Source: Paragordius varius (taxonomy: Eukaryota > Animalia > Nematomorpha). Taken from it: 64,000 nucleotides of DNA. The notes under the pieces are model-generated. The model had not been told where the DNA came from. It worked only from the letters and a program-made list of their open reading frames with translations, and did no database searches. Below, in pieces: positions 1-18,100 of this stretch. How positions within the stretch are numbered: position 1 is the first letter of the stretch; every line of letters begins with the position of its first letter. The stretch lies in contig OZ176050.1 of assembly GCA_964247055.1 (NCBI GenBank), positions 10,850,001-10,914,000 of the forward strand. Reading direction: 5' to 3'. Both the position numbers and the translations under genes were made by a program.

Positions 1-421
1 CTATTAAACGGGACAAATCAATTTTAGTTCCGATTCGTTACATAAAAAGCGTTTAAAATTTCTTATTAAGCAAAAAGTGAAAATAAAGTAACTTGTTTAA
101 AAGTGTATAAACCTTTAAAAAATTATACGCAATAATATGAAGTGGTCTTATTTTTAATCTATAAAGTTTCGGCAATCTTTAGCAAAATAACAGAGACATT
201 GCTAGAGGTAAGAAAAAAATAAACTATATTGTACTAATGAATCGAACTTATTTATGTAAATGGTGCATTTATTATATAAAACTATTTTGACGAAGAAAAT
301 TATTTGAATTTGAAATAGTTAAAATTAATGGTGTTTTTATGGTTATGTTAGGTTTGATCGGATAACCTTTAACTAAATATTTAAAAATGGTTTAAAAAAT
401 AAATATAATAATTATAACTAC

Positions 422-750
422 CGAACGTAAGGCTTCAGCTAAAGTTTTACGCGCAAAATGTGCCACATGTGAAGGGTCAACATCATATCCTAAAATATTA
501 GTTGAAGTTAACCATTTCTGAATTTATATAATTGCATGTTTTTAGAAATATATTCTGCGAATTCATGACTATCCCCCTTTTCGCCAACAACGCCTATCAT
601 CACACTACTGTTGATATTATACATTTTTTGACTGTCTATACAATTATATAATATATTACCGTTTTTTATGACCAAAATGCTATGGGTTTCGGTAGCATCT
701 GAGGCAAGGAGAACAAAGTCTTTGCAGCGAATACCGATTATACACTCCAT
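422..750 (-). CDS. PSMB2: Proteasome subunit beta type-2 (beta4), 5' part; remaining exons lie left of the window
   Basis: ATG at 750. Spliced exons 750-660, 635-513 and 489-422 read MECIIGIRCKDFVLLASD...ILVIKN/DSQKMYN...VGEKGDSHEFAEYISKNMQLYKFRN/GYDVDPSHVAHFARKTLAEALRS, collinear with the PSMB2 family. GT-AG introns at 636-659 and 490-512. Confidence 0.93.
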
Positions 751-1570
751 CAAATGTGAGTAGAACTTAAAAATGTCTTTTTACTGTTTAAAAAAGAAAA
801 TATATAATACGGGTTTTGCACACCACTTAGCGTCTTCATTTTTTATTTTCGAAATTATTTTTGTTAATGAAGTTTTGTAAAAACTCTTACTTAATGGAAA
901 GAAGAACGCGAAAATTTAAATTTTTCCTTTAGAATAATCAGCGTCATCTTATAAAGCTTTATTTTTATGTTGTTTTTGGGTCAGCATTCAATATATGCTG
1001 TTACAATAATGTGACCAGATATTTTAAACTTTGACGCAGTACATATTTGCCTGTTTTTACACCATCGGTGTGGATTACACGGTTACAAAAATATGATAAA
1101 AATACACATTTTGATAGGGAAATTCAAGATTATCATGGTGCTTTTGATTCAAACCTTTACGAGTTATTAAAGAAAGATAATTCACTTTGTGGTAGGTGCT
1201 CCGTTAAAAATGCAACAAGTGTGCCATTTTTAATATATTTTTGGGTGAAACTAAATAGTTTATTTTAAAACATATCATTAAAATATAATACAAACTACAT
1301 TTAGAAAGCAAAACAATTTTTTTTAAAATTGTTAGATGTGAGCTCTGGTCCGAAATTTTTTGGCTCGTTTAAAATGGACAGTTCTCTTATAGAAAATGCA
1401 GAAATTCCGACATTGTGCAAAAATTTCAAAAATATGCTAAATTTTGATATCAAATATATTTTTAAAATGCATACTTTCAAAAATTTAATTTTTAAGAAAA
1501 TTTTGTTGAGGCGTACTTTATACTATTTTCAGCATGATGGAAACGATATAAACGGTTGAGATGTTATAAC

Positions 1571-2824
1571 TACGGTTGTGCTGACCAAGTCATGACCAGG
1601 TCAATGATTATTTTTTGACCATGGTCATTTAACACTTGGATACAACACACTCATTTTAGTCCTTCGATTCAAATTGGGGTAGTTAAATACCCCAGGCCTG
1701 TTTAAAATTATATTCTTTAAAAAATATAGAAGGAATCGTAATCATGGCAAAATTTTGCACTTATCTAACATTAATACACCAAAATATATAAAAAAATTTA
1801 TTTAAAAATACTTGATATTACTTATTTTAAGCTAAAACCGAAAGGTAAAAATTTCGTCAACTGACATGTGTCAAATTGTAAAATTGAAAAATTATACAAA
1901 CTAAACCGCTTTTTCTATTTCTATCAATGTTAGATGTAATTTATATAAAAAATTAGCTTTAGTTTTACCCTTAAAATTAAATAAAGACGAATATTTGCAA
2001 AATTTTGTAAAATAAAAATGGCGTCGAAGTAGTTTGAGATGGAGCTTTTTTTTCAAAACAAAATTTTATCAAGAAATTTTGGCATATTTATATAATATTT
2101 ATCAGGATAGAAGCATAAATTTAAATTGGGACCGTTTCCTTCAGTAGTTTATTAAAAATATTGATTTAAATTTAGTCTGGGGTATTTAGATACCCCAATT
2201 TGAATCGAAGTGTTAAAAAACATCTGTTTTTTGAAAAATTGCTGGTAATTTTTTTGGAAGATAAATAGTAAAATTGTATTGTTTTTTAATTTATTTGTAA
2301 AAAATATAAATTAAATATTTAAAAAAGCTTATTTAACAATATAAAATTGTTAAACATGCATCGTGCTAACGTTAGCATTATAGTTATTTCGAAAAACAAA
2401 ACAATCAAGCACTTTGCAAGAGATGCAATTTTACCATATATGTGAACCAATATTTTGAATAAACATTTTATAATTGGATATTTGAATGATGAAAGAAAGT
2501 TTTAAACAAACTAAATAAAATTTAAATATCCATTTAAAAGCTATGTATTTTAAGATTCAAACACATACATGCGGTAAAATTTATTTGAAAACAAAATACT
2601 TGATTAATTTGATTTCAAATATTTGTAAATATAAATATTAAAAAATATAACCCTTTTAGAAAGAACCCGACATTATTAGTGAAACGCAAGTGTCGTACGA
2701 ATTTTTACAATCTAGTATCGCATGATATTTACTTAAGTAATAAGTGATATGACCACAGTCATGACCATGGTGTGATTGGGTCTGACCGGACTTTTTTAAA
2801 AAAGCAGTCAAATGCACAACCCTA
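1571..2824 (+). mobile_element. hAT-type MITE (family D), copy 1, interrupted by a piggyBac-type MITE
   Basis: TIR TACGGTTGTGC / GCACAACCCTA. Perfect 8-bp TSD GTTATAAC (1563-1570 and 2825-2832). Subterminal GTCATGACC motifs at both ends. An uninterrupted homologue lies at 25957-26653. Confidence 0.88.
1633..2212 (+). mobile_element. piggyBac-type MITE, copy 1
   Basis: TTAA on both sides (1629-1632, 2213-2216). Imperfect 13-bp TIR CACTT(G/C)GAT(A/T)CAA plus an asymmetric subterminal repeat TTCGATTCAAATTGGGGT. The empty site with a single TTAA is visible in the family D copy at ~26034. Confidence 0.9.
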
Positions 2825-3959
2825 GTTATAACACTCATATATATAATTCGATAATGCTAGACGTTTTTTTCACTCAGAATAATTGTGTTTTTTACAAAAA
2901 TCCACCAAATTTGCAGCAAAAAACCTTTAAATTAAAATTCTCTACTTATAGCAATGTTCAACATCATCGAATTACTTAGAAAAAGGGTATTATTATATCT
3001 TAGAGCATTTTATCGTTTCCATTATGCTTCAAAATAGTTTAAAGTACGCTTCAACAAAATATCTCAAATTTGTTTATGTAAAAAAATAAGAAAACTAATA
3101 AAAATTAAATTTTAGAGCAAAAAATTAAGAAATATCATACCTCCCACCTAATAATAGAAAACGTAAAAAATTCTTAATTTTACGAGAAAACAATTTTCTA
3201 CATAATTTTTCTTTTGATAATTAATTCTCAAACATTTATGAAAATATCATAATTTTAAATTTTGAAACCACCTCTTTTTGCGGAAGCCCTGAATGAAAAT
3301 CAGCCTGAATCTTATGGTGCGAGATTCGTTTTGCCACTGCGCGAAAGGCTCAATCATAAGCGGTTTTACCTATCTAAAACCCAATTTTATGCATAATTCG
3401 AGCAGAAAATAAAATATTAATCAATAAAAAACAGGACAATCTTAGTTTTTTACAGCAAAATGAACCATTTTCTTGGAAATTATGGGGTTATTTTTACAGA
3501 GGTACTATGTTAAAACCTAAAATAATTTTTTTGAATAAATATAAGGTAAGTAATATATATTTATAAAAAATTATTTTTTTTTAATTTCAAAAAGCAGTTC
3601 AAAAGTGGGCACATTACTGGCGCAGTTTTTTTCGGATAACCCAGTACTGTACTGCGAAAACAGCCTTGGTCACATTAGCGTACAAGCCCTTCATGGTTAA
3701 AGGCAAGTATGCCATATTTTAATATAAAATAATAATACGTAAAGTATAATTTTTATTGCCTCTTGTTAGGTCTTAGTTAATTTTTGTATTTATTATAGAT
3801 TTATACCCCAAAGCGTTGTCGAATCTAATTATCCCATTAAGCTAAATTATTCTTTCCTATTAGGTGAATTCAGAAACGTAAAATTGTTATGAAATCCTAT
3901 CTCTTTTTTCTTTGGTAATATGAATCACTAATAATAAGGCAAAGTGTATATACAGCATA

Positions 3960-5010
3960 AAAAATTTCAAAATTATCATGGCGCTTCGGCCCTTACGAAT
4001 GATTTAAGGAATTTATTTACTTTGTGGTAAGGTCTCCATATCAGAAAATAGCAAAATCGCAATTTTTTTGGTGAAGGCTAAATGCCTCATTTTATCACTA
4101 CAAATGATAAACTACATATTGAATGTTAACGATATTTCTAAAAAAAATTATTTTTAGACGTGGTCTCCAAATCAATTTTTTTGGCTCTTAAAGAATGGGC
4201 TAGTTTTCTGTAAATAAACCTAAAAATGTCTAGATTGTGCGATAAAAATTCTAAATATATGCTAAATATTGATAACAACTAATTTAAAAAATGCATACAT
4301 TTTTCATGAATTTATTTTTAGCAAAATTTTGTTAAGCATACTTCAACTATTTTGAGGTATGATCGACATGGTATAAAAACGGTTTGAGATATTAACAAAC
4401 GATTTTCTATATGATGCGATATTTCTATCGCTTCAGAATTTTAAACATTCGTGTGCTTTAATTTTTAGAATTTTTGTAAAAAAGCACAATTTTTATTTAA
4501 CATATATTTAAAGACGAACGAATATTTTAATCTAAATTCTGATGTGATGGTACTTGGAATTATCGAATTATATTGATAAAGCATTTTTTATATCTTTGGT
4601 TTTGAACCGTTTCGATGATGCCTCAAAATAGTGCTAAGCTTCACAAAATTTTGCTAAAAATAAAGTTTTTTAAAAAAGTATTCATTTTTAAAACATTTAG
4701 TTGATATAAATTTTAGCATTCTCGGCATTAATGCGTGTATTTTAATAGAACTAGCCCATTTTAGAAGGTCAAAAAAAATTTGGAACTTTATGAAAAATAT
4801 TGTTTTGCTTTTTCCATGTAGTTTATGATATATTTTTTTTTTTATAATGAAGAAATTAGCTTTCACCACAAAAATTTTATTCAACTAAATGTGCACAAAT
4901 TATGACATCTTCTGATATGGAGCAGTTACTATAAAAGTGTTTAAAACTTTCTTAAATCACTAGTAAGGGCCAAAGTCAAAAGTACCATGATAATCCTAAT
5001 ACATTTCACT
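3960..5010. mobile_element. Imperfect ~1-kb palindromic (foldback) relative of family C
   Basis: Blocks such as AAAATTATCATGGCGC...CTTTGTGGTAAGGTCTCC (~3970-4040) and GCATACTTCAACTATTTTGAGG (~4337) are mirrored at ~4900-4995 and ~4610-4650, and both match the left half of family C. Boundaries are approximate. Confidence 0.6.
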
Positions 5011-5453
5011 CGAATATTATTTAATCAGGATATCCAAAATGTCAATATTTATTTAAGCTAAAATTACTTTTTACCTGATTATTGATAACTATTAATTTTA
5101 AAATCAGCTGTCTTTTGGTGTTCTAGAACTGATCGAATCTTTAACTCTCGAAGTTAGAGAACAGTAAATAATTTTAGTTCTCTAATACGGAGAGCAATGT
5201 TTGAAAATTAAATATTAATCAAAAGAATTTAAACAAGATTATATTCACATTTCGGCTCTAGGATACAAAACCACCCAATGTAATATCCTATAAATGATAA
5301 GGTAATGAAATGTTAACACAATGGACGCCAATTAAATTTTGAATTAGAACCATTACCATAGGAAAATAACTCTTAGATAGCTGATAAGCATACTACATTT
5401 TAAAAATGATGTTCAGACCGATATTTTGCAGAAATGTACGCTGGATGGGCCGG

Positions 5454-5550
5454 AGTACAGGGGTTATTTGAAAAGCGGACCAGGGGTATAGTCTGCATTA
5501 TATATGAGCTTAGCTGCGTTTGTTCTGCTCTGACCTCTGTACTGCTTTTT
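5454..5550 (+). ncRNA. Candidate small structured RNA (13-bp closing stem followed by T5)
   Basis: AGTACAGGGGTTA (5454-5466) pairs with TGACCTCTGTACT (5531-5543). Internal stem GCGGAC/GTCTGC. TTTTT at 5546-5550. GC-rich island in AT-rich DNA. No family recognised. Confidence 0.3.
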
Positions 5551-5649
5551 CAAATTTTTTAAATAATTTAATAAATTTACTGCTATATTTTTACTAAAAA
5601 ATTAAATTTTTCATAGATTATACCTTTTAAACTGAAAATCGGCAACTGA

Positions 5650-6835
5650 TTATTAGTATTAAATGTTTGTTTATCTTTAATATAATAGTCGTCAAAGTAT
5701 TACCGGTTTAACTAAGAGAAGACGGGAAAGTGCAAAGACGATAAATTAGATACAGTTCCCATTTTTTTCATCTATTAAACGACAAAAAAAGTTGAGCCAC
5801 CAGTAGCGCCTCATTTTCATTGAAAATCATGTCGAATTTACTGGATTAGAAAGTTACGGCACGCATTGCCATAAGAAGAAAGGGATAGTTGTATTACTGG
5901 CTAAAAAATATGCTGAATACATGCTCTATCAAATAACACGTGAAACATGGTAAAATTTTGAAAGTTGTGAATTATGTGAAAAAGCGTGGGCGCTCTGGTA
6001 GACCACACATCTGTGAAGACGCTAAACTTTTGGAGTTTTTGAATGATGACCCAACTCAATTTAACAACAATTGAAATCATTTGTATAATAAAAAACAATC
6101 AATAGGTGTTCACGAGCATTTAAATGGGCCCATACAATTTATATGAACATAGAATCGAAATTACTAAGTAAATTGGGTAATCATCCTTCAACATCAAGAA
6201 AAAAACATTTATGCATCCAATCGGAACGGGGGATGAAAAGTGATTTTTTTTGCACACAAGGGGAAATAATCGTGGTTCTAAACTTGCCATGGCGGTCTAT
6301 CGACACCAAGGCCAAATCGCTTCGGCTAGAAAATTATACTTTGTGTCTGGTGGGACAAAGCGGTATTGTGTATAAGAATTTCCCGGTAGAACCGTTAATA
6401 CATTATGCTATCGCCAACAAATGATTAACTTAAAGTTTTCGTTAATGGACAGGAATGGACCAAAAGACTTGGCAAAGTGATTTCGTTACATCATAATGCT
6501 CCGTCTTACACAACGAAACCAGTGGAAACACTGTGAAATAGTTTCGATGAGAAAATCTTTCGCATCCGCTGAACACTCTTAACCTGGCGCCAGCTGACTA
6601 ATACATCGCACTGGGACACATCCTCGCAGAGTACTTTAATTATTTCGAAGATGTTGGAAAATGGCCTGACGAAAAATTTACCGCTAAAAACAACAGTTTT
6701 TCTTGCACGACATTCATATATTACCTGACAGATGGACGAAATGTGTAGGAGCCGGTGTACAATATTTTAATTAAAATAAATAATTCGTGTCAAAATACCA
6801 TGAACGGTAAAAACGATCATTTAAATTTGATGGTA
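5650..6835 (+). mobile_element. Decayed mariner transposon (Mos1/mauritiana-like); transposase pseudogene ~5829-6773
   Basis: Across frameshifts and stops it reads MSN...SGRPHICEDAKL...DDPTQ...GTGDEK...PRPNRFG*KIILCVWWD...LHHNAPSYT...LAPAD*Y...LPDRWTKCV, collinear with Mos1 transposase. TIR remnants are weak, so the ends are approximate. Confidence 0.85.
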
Positions 6836-7981
6836 TAACTAAATAATTATTTATATTACGCGCATCTTTTCTTGTATGAATTTCGCGCCTTCGTGCGGTT
6901 TTAAAATATGTCACTTTGGAATTTAGCATTTGCCGGAAAATCAAAGCCATGATTTTACTTTTACATAATAGATAAATAGGGCGGTTAAAAAATTTATTAG
7001 ACGATATTTTAAAATATCTATAATTTAACGCATTATCGACCAACATGTGGAAAACCATTATTCAGAATGAATTTTGCATAACACGGGGTGGGCCAGTACA
7101 TAAAAGCAAATTAAAAAAAATGCCTCCACTTTGATCGGCATATTACTCAAGACAATGTGTCAGGCTTAATTGAATCGAACCACACTGGATAATTGTATGA
7201 GAGATATTATGTTTTTGTTGGGAGGCACTTTACATAGGGTGGAACCATTTTTAAAAATGCGTGACGATAATCTACGCTTTCAAAGGGAATGTAGGACCTT
7301 AATTGATTTTTTATTGTTTCACACGTTTTAAATTGGTAAAAAAATAATGTTGGAGATTGGCTAAAATTGCGTCTGAACACAAGGCTAAAAAGAATCGGCT
7401 AAGTTCGGCCCATTCTTCAATTAATAGGAGATTCTATATTTGAATGATACCCATTTTCCAATTGTTTCAATGGGCGATTAAACATATATTATCACGGGGG
7501 TGGGGTAGAACACAGGGGCTAATAAAAATGGCTGTAACATCTTTGGTGCACATTAATAAATAAATTACGCTTATAATGTTTGAGTGGGCTACACGCAATA
7601 TTTTTATAGCTGAAGGATCTTTTGACTCAAAAAACAATTATGCGTAAGCACAGGTTAACTTTAAAATCTTACCAATATAGTAAATGATTATTATAAAATG
7701 TCCGTATAATAAATAAAGCTAATATAATGCATTTTTGGCAAAACTTAAACTAAAAAACGCAATTTATGGAAATTACAGTGTGGCAAAAGGTCGACCTCGA
7801 ATGCAACACATCCATCCATTCCATTGATTCCGTAATATTATTACATATAATATAATTTATTTCATCCCCCATATAAATAAGGTAAAATGGTGATATATAA
7901 CGCATTCATTATTAGGCATATAAATATTAAATTACAAAATATACCGTACTAAATAAATATGACACTATTGCACAAATATGA

Positions 7982-7997
7982 GTGTGTGTGTGTGTGT
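7982..7997 (+). repeat. (GT)8 microsatellite downstream of the ASB stop codon
   Basis: Directly visible GT dinucleotide run. Confidence 0.9.
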
Positions 7998-8062
7998 ATA
8001 ATTTGCAAAAATGCTTCGTTTTTCTACAATATTCCAATTTTATTACCGAAACGTGTTTGTGA

Positions 8063-10157
8063 CTAAATCATTGCTCTAACTACATAATCTTTGAGGGATT
8101 GTGGTAGTTTTATGTGTTTTTGCACATTTTTAACAAATTTTTCATAGTTGTGTGTGTTCATACAACTTTTAATTCGCAATCGACATAAATGCTTTAAGCT
8201 TAACGGGTATGATTGGGTTAATTTAGCCCATAGTTCTTTATCATGCATGAGGATTGGAATTAGATAGCTCAAGGGAGGCGTAGAGTGCGAAACTTGATTA
8301 AGGTGATTAAAGCTTCGTTGCAAATGATGAGCTGTGTTTCCACGTAAAGAAAAGTTATCACGCACCAAAAAATTGGCTGCGTTATGGTTAGAACCAAAAA
8401 AAGTCGTCATGTTATCCGAAGCATGTATGGTATTTTGATTACTAGCGCTATTAGCTGTAGTATTGTGATGGTGTGTATTGCTGCTATGGTTACGAAAACT
8501 CCTACGCTTTATACAATCCTCAATGTAATTCTTGATAGATTTCGTGATATGAGGTGGTAATGGACTCAGTGCTCTTCGTAGGCTTGTTGTTGGTATAACA
8601 TTATTACCGGAAAATTCTGATTGATTTTGATGGGACGATGAGGTAGGCATATCATTGTTTCTCATGGAAGAAAATAAACCATGATTTTCACAAATCATTC
8701 TATGTATGTGTTCTATTTCCTCGTGATTACACCTAAAATAGTTGTAGTTATATCGGTCCATATCAAAAGGATTTAGGAAATGGTTATTCAGAGAGAAAGT
8801 TAGCATAAATGGTGAAAGTGATTTGGAGAAAAAAAGTTTTTGCATGTTTAAGGGATCAGCATGACCATCAATTAACAAAACTTTCAAGCACTTGATGTAA
8901 TTTATTGGATCGATTTTACGGCTGCTGGTGTGATTGAAAGTTAAAAGTTTATAAAGACAGGTAGAAAGTGGAGTTTGCCATAACATATCCATTGAATCAA
9001 TTGGACTACCTATGTAAGCAAAGTTTTTTAAAAAAATATAAAATAAAAACTATTATAAGTAGAAATACCGAATTCCACTAACAACTTTGTTATTACAGGG
9101 TTCCCTAATTCGGCCGATATATGGAGGGGCACTTTTCCACGTTTATTTTTTTTGTTTAATAAAACAATCCCAAATTTCGAATTTATAAAAATTTGCAACA
9201 ATGAAGTCAACTGTTTTGTCGGATGCAATATACCCATCTTACAAGCCAAATGTAATGCTGTATCGCCTTCAATATCGGTTTGAAGTAAATCCGCACCTAT
9301 TAATAAAGTATAGCAAAAAGCTTATTTGAATAAATAAATTGAGAAAATTTCCTGTGTGTTTATTAACTATTGGTAAGATTCAACGTAAACAACAGATATA
9401 ATTAAGCAATGAATGTTATATAAATTATTATATAAGATAATATTGCTATTTAATTTTATTTATTATATTAAAAACTATACTTATTCTCATTTTACCCTAA
9501 ATATTCACCAAAGCTGTTTATCTTTAAAATTGAAGGGTGCTGTATTGAGATAAGTTTTTATTTTTGTTATCCAATTGCCTCTTATAATTTAAATCTTTAT
9601 ATAGAAATTAATTTTGTTCCAAAAGACCGGAATAATAATGTATAATGTGTATATTCAAATAACTCATCGACTTATATTAAAACTAAAATTTGCATATATG
9701 AGTTTTGATAATAAATACCTGATTCAATCAAAATTTTTACAATGTTTATTCTTGCATGATATGATGCCTTGTGCAATGGTGTATATCCATAAATATCTGG
9801 TTTATTTACATTGACACCGTGATTCAATAAAATCTATCGAATAACAAGTCACTATTTAATTCATATAAATAACTTATATGGAAAAAACTACTATATTACC
9901 CTAACAACTTCGGTGTGATTCAAGGATATTGCTTCACACAAAGCTGTGGTACCATCTTTCGCCGACGGATTTTTAACATTCATCCATGGTGCATCAAGAT
10001 TTACTCCTGCTTGAGCCAAATTTTTAACTGATTCTGTATCATTTCTCATTATAGCCATATGCAAATTAAAAACATCAACCGTCATTATTTGTTCCGTTTC
10101 CTTGTAATTTAGATTATTGGATAATTTCACCGCTTGCTTCGAATTTCCAACTCCCAT
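8063..10157 (-). CDS. Ankyrin repeat and SOCS box (ASB-family) protein
   Basis: Four exons (~10157-9900, ~9836-9718, ~9297-9069, ~9010-8063). Ankyrin motifs GTTALCEAI, GYTPLHKAS, GDTALHLAC and GKVPLHISA. C-terminal SOCS box PLSLKHLCRLRIK...LPQSLKDYV. Confidence 0.88.
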
Positions 10158-10524
10158 AATATTTTTTCACTCACATTATCATCATAAAGCACATATGTAA
10201 CATATTCAAATCTATGCCAATAATGTTGACTTTATAAATTTATTCAAAGCTTATGAGCTTTGTTAAGCGCGTTTCTAAACAAGTTAATCAAAGGTAAAAT
10301 TATAATATTTATATTTTATTAACGCTTGGAAATTTAATAAGTTTTTTTAAAAGATTATTTTACGAAACATTTCTGTTTAAATATCAGATTTTTTCTCTAT
10401 CAACCTGAAAATATGGGTCCAGTGTTTTTTTACCCCTAAATATTTATTAACGTTTAAATTTATATTAAAGGCTTCAGTTTATTGCGTTTTTAATATATAA
10501 TTCATGTGTATATTTGGTTGTTAT
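10158..10524. promoter_or_regulatory. Probable bidirectional promoter between the ASB gene (-) and QPCTL (+)
   Basis: The divergent start codons are only ~370 bp apart. No specific motif was verified. Confidence 0.5.
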
Positions 10525-15539
<5,015 letters not shown>

Positions 15540-17979
15540 TGACTACATTTATTGCATTTTATCATCTCCAGTTTTTATTGAACATTCCAAACATTTTATA
15601 CCTGTTTAAGTTATATGATTTATTATCAAATATTTTTTTTTACAATATATAAAGTCATAATATATATGTCAATTATTTTCTATATATAATATAATCAATA
15701 AATTCAACCATTTTTTGGCTAAATATTTAACAAAACTCGAGTAATGATTCTAAATGTTATTTTTGTTTATATCTATCTATTGATTTACATAATTTAAAAA
15801 ATGGGAAAAACAGAATATACACTTTCGGTAAATAACAAGACTATTTTTCAAATATTGCCAGAAAGCAATAATAAAAACTAGTTATCCCATGTTACGCATT
15901 GCTAATGTCGAAATAATACTTTTAGGCAATAAATTGCGAAAAAAATGGGACATGAATTTTGAAATTGAACATAAATGAAAATAAAAATCTCTATTTCGTG
16001 TGAATGTTTATTACAAAAAGACTTTTTATATGAAATCAAAGCGCAGATGCAAATATTCAATTATTTTCGCACAACTTCTAACAATTTAGTTCAAAAGGTT
16101 CGCTTAGGTTCGGCGCAGATATTAAAAATTTCATTTATTGTAACTACACTTTTTCTGCAAAATTGCTTTAAAGCAATCTTTTCTATTTTATATAAATGAT
16201 TGTATTGACGAATAGAGCGTTTTGGCAAAAAACTTGTTTTTTAGGTGGGTCGATATCAAGGATTTTTACGCTTTCTCAGCCAACATAGGGAAGACTTATT
16301 TTTTCCGAACAACGATTGAAATTTTTTGGGGACTGAACCTAGGGACTTTTTAAAAAAGTGTTACCATAACACTAGACAACAAATTTTAACTTTTTTAACT
16401 GCCATTCTTGTAAATTTAAAATTTTTTTTATTAAAGTACATAATTATATATCTGAAAAGAAAATTGGTCTAGCATGAATTTTTTTATATTAGAGTTTATC
16501 CATAATTTTTGGCCTCGATTTGACATTAAACTCGAAATTTCGAAAAATAAATTTAAATATGAAGCCATGTATTTTATATCATTCGAAAGAGCGCAAAAAA
16601 CTGCATCTTTTAAATGGTAGTAAGTCATTTAAATCAATAGGATGTAAAAGTTATTTGGATTTAAATGGTGGAAATTTTCAATCCTTAAATAAGTCAAAAA
16701 TTTTCACAGACAAACTAATTTGAAAATCATATAAATTATTTTAATATAATTTTTGGGGTTATATTAGTATTAATTTAAAAAAATGTTTGAAAAAGCTTTT
16801 GGTTTGCTTTTTTAATAAAAATTATTATTATCATAAATATTTTACCTAGTGGATATAAAAATGCATAGTTACAACTGTAAATTTATTACATAATGGCTAT
16901 AAAAGATCAAAAATACTTTAAACTTTGTTATTATCTTTGAAATTTCGAAATTATCAGCCTCGTAAAGAAAATAAATTAATATTGACGAGATGGTAATTTT
17001 AAAAAACAAAAAACTTAAAAGCTGTTTTGAGTGACATAAAAGCAATAAAAAATGTTTTATCATAAAAACTTTCTTGTGTTATCACCATCTAAACAAAATT
17101 TGAGCTATTTTCATCCATTAGTTTTAAAAATATAATAATTAAAAAAAATGCTCTCGCTTCGCGCGTTTGTCGCTCTTTGTGTCTAACATTAAGTGTCGAT
17201 GTAATACATATTAGTATGCATTTTATAGAGTTTTTATTACTCTTTCGAATGATATATTACAAATGGGCATTACTTGTATATTTTCAAAGAAAAACATTTA
17301 GTAAAATTTTGATAAAGAGGGCGCATAATCAAAAAAATCAAATTATACATAATTTTTCCATCGAGTTATAATTTTTATTTCAGATTTACTGTTAAAATGA
17401 TGCTAAATAGAAAATGTCAAAAACCCGAGTGGCAGAAAAATTTGTTGTCCAGTGTAATGAGTGTATATATATATAAAGGAATATATGATACCAATATTGA
17501 ATTTAGGTATCCGTTTCCAGAAAAATAAACTATTCTTTAGCGTATTATTTCGGTAAGACTCGTACAGTTTAATTCTATTGCTTTTACCATTATAAGTTTT
17601 ATACGCTGGACATTAATTGGTTAAAAAAATATTTTTTGAAACGTATTTTCTGTCAAAAAATTTTTTTGCGTAGTATGGATCTAATTTGGTTTGTTTTGTT
17701 ACAGACAATATTATAAATTTTCGTTAGAGATTATAATCGTGAATTACAGTATATGTAAGGGAGGATCAGACCGATATTTTTTGATCGGTCAAAAACGCTA
17801 AACTCCGTAATCATAGTCTTTTAAATGCAACCATCACATATAATAAATGGTTTTTAAAAATGGTCGAATGATAATAATTATAGGCACAAATATTATTGAA
17901 TATTAATAAATTTATTGATTTTTATTTTTTTCATATAAAACAGTCATGACATAATCATTATCTAAAAATTAATATTTAA

Positions 17980-18100
17980 GAAACCATTCATAATTAAAAA
18001 TTCCAGATTGGAGGCAGACATTCTGGATAATTTGAAATCACCAGAAGAATCCCCAGATTTCAACACGATATTTGATTCGTGAATAATATTGAAAACCTTT
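17980..18100 (+). pseudogene. Possible Tc1-like transposase remnant
   Basis: Reads PEESPDFNTIFDS*IILK, resembling the Tc1 motif PQSPDLNPIENLW. The match is very degenerate. Confidence 0.3.

Larger units (their letters stand above)
1009..3675 (+). mobile_element. Unclassified non-autonomous DNA element (family C), copy 1, carrying nested insertions
   Basis: Termini ATGTGACCA...TGGTCACAT. Both ends recur in reverse orientation at 24332-26730. Internal inverted blocks at ~1501-1562 and ~2998-3062. Confidence 0.75.

Noticed and set aside
1047-1559. Short ORFs at 1047, 1329 and similar ones at 2656, 4654, 26240 and 43254
   Set aside because: They lie within AT-rich non-autonomous TEs and have F/K/I/N-biased, non-homologous translations.
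7040-7700. Second Tc1/mariner-like remnant
   Set aside because: Only faint motif resemblance (GRHFT; duplicated CACGGGG(G)TGGG) and no TIR/TSD, so it is too weak to call.
15890-17180. Possible additional MITE or Helitron-like repeat
   Set aside because: The texture is repeat-like, with a GC hairpin at ~17150, but there is no second copy in the window and no definable termini.
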